Shown: one piece after another, positions 63,852-64,000 of the stretch | Layout of the letters: each line of letters opens with the position of its first letter | Numbering within the stretch: the first letter of the stretch is position 1 | NCBI RefSeq assembly: GCF_036971445.1 | Contig: NC_091477.1 | Location: 27,466,001 to 27,530,000 of the forward strand | DNA length: 64,000 nt | Direction: 5' to 3' | Origin: Narcine bancroftii | Lineage: Eukaryota | The notes under the pieces: model-generated | What the model was told of the DNA's origin: nothing | Seen by the model: the letters and a program-made list of their open reading frames with translations, nothing else | Databases searched by the model: none | Position numbers and translations under genes: made by a program

Positions 63852-64000
63852 CTACCCGAAACAAGAGAATTTTTTTTTGAAGGACACTGATCAACATACT
63901 TAAAGATATATTAAAGCCTTCTCTATAGACCTACTAACATCATACTGAAATTAAATTTTACATAACACACAAATTTACAAATCTACAAATGTGCTGCTTT

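Overview
Eukaryotic, AT-rich, repeat-dense vertebrate genomic DNA. The repeat mix (HE1/V-SINE-like SINEs, CR1, Rex/Babar, Penelope-like, RTE, L1/Tx1) suggests a cartilaginous fish, probably a ray; this is inference. The window appears to lie inside one minus-strand gene of the ANKHD1/ANKRD17 (MASK) family. Its 154-bp coding exon 2 is at 50940-51093, and I could not find exon 1 or exon 3, so the rest reads as intron. The introns hold many decayed, often nested transposable elements (LINEs, SINEs, a solo LTR, hAT, Tigger/pogo and Harbinger elements, a Helitron) and four large, highly homogeneous tandem arrays (42, 20, 22 and 25 bp units). These arrays explain all the long ORFs in the track. Best leads: (1) a frame-preserving 24-nt microexon candidate (17345-17368) in a transposon-free island; (2) a 222-nt frame-preserving cassette exon candidate; (3) three unrelated arrays of about 1.1 kb each; (4) a 4.4-kb G-rich sense-strand array; (5) a Tigger element split by an apparent inversion; (6) a four-layer transposon nest. 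There is no CRISPR array or prokaryotic system. Family assignments come from recalled motifs, not database searches, and repeat boundaries are approximate unless a target-site duplication (TSD) is quoted.
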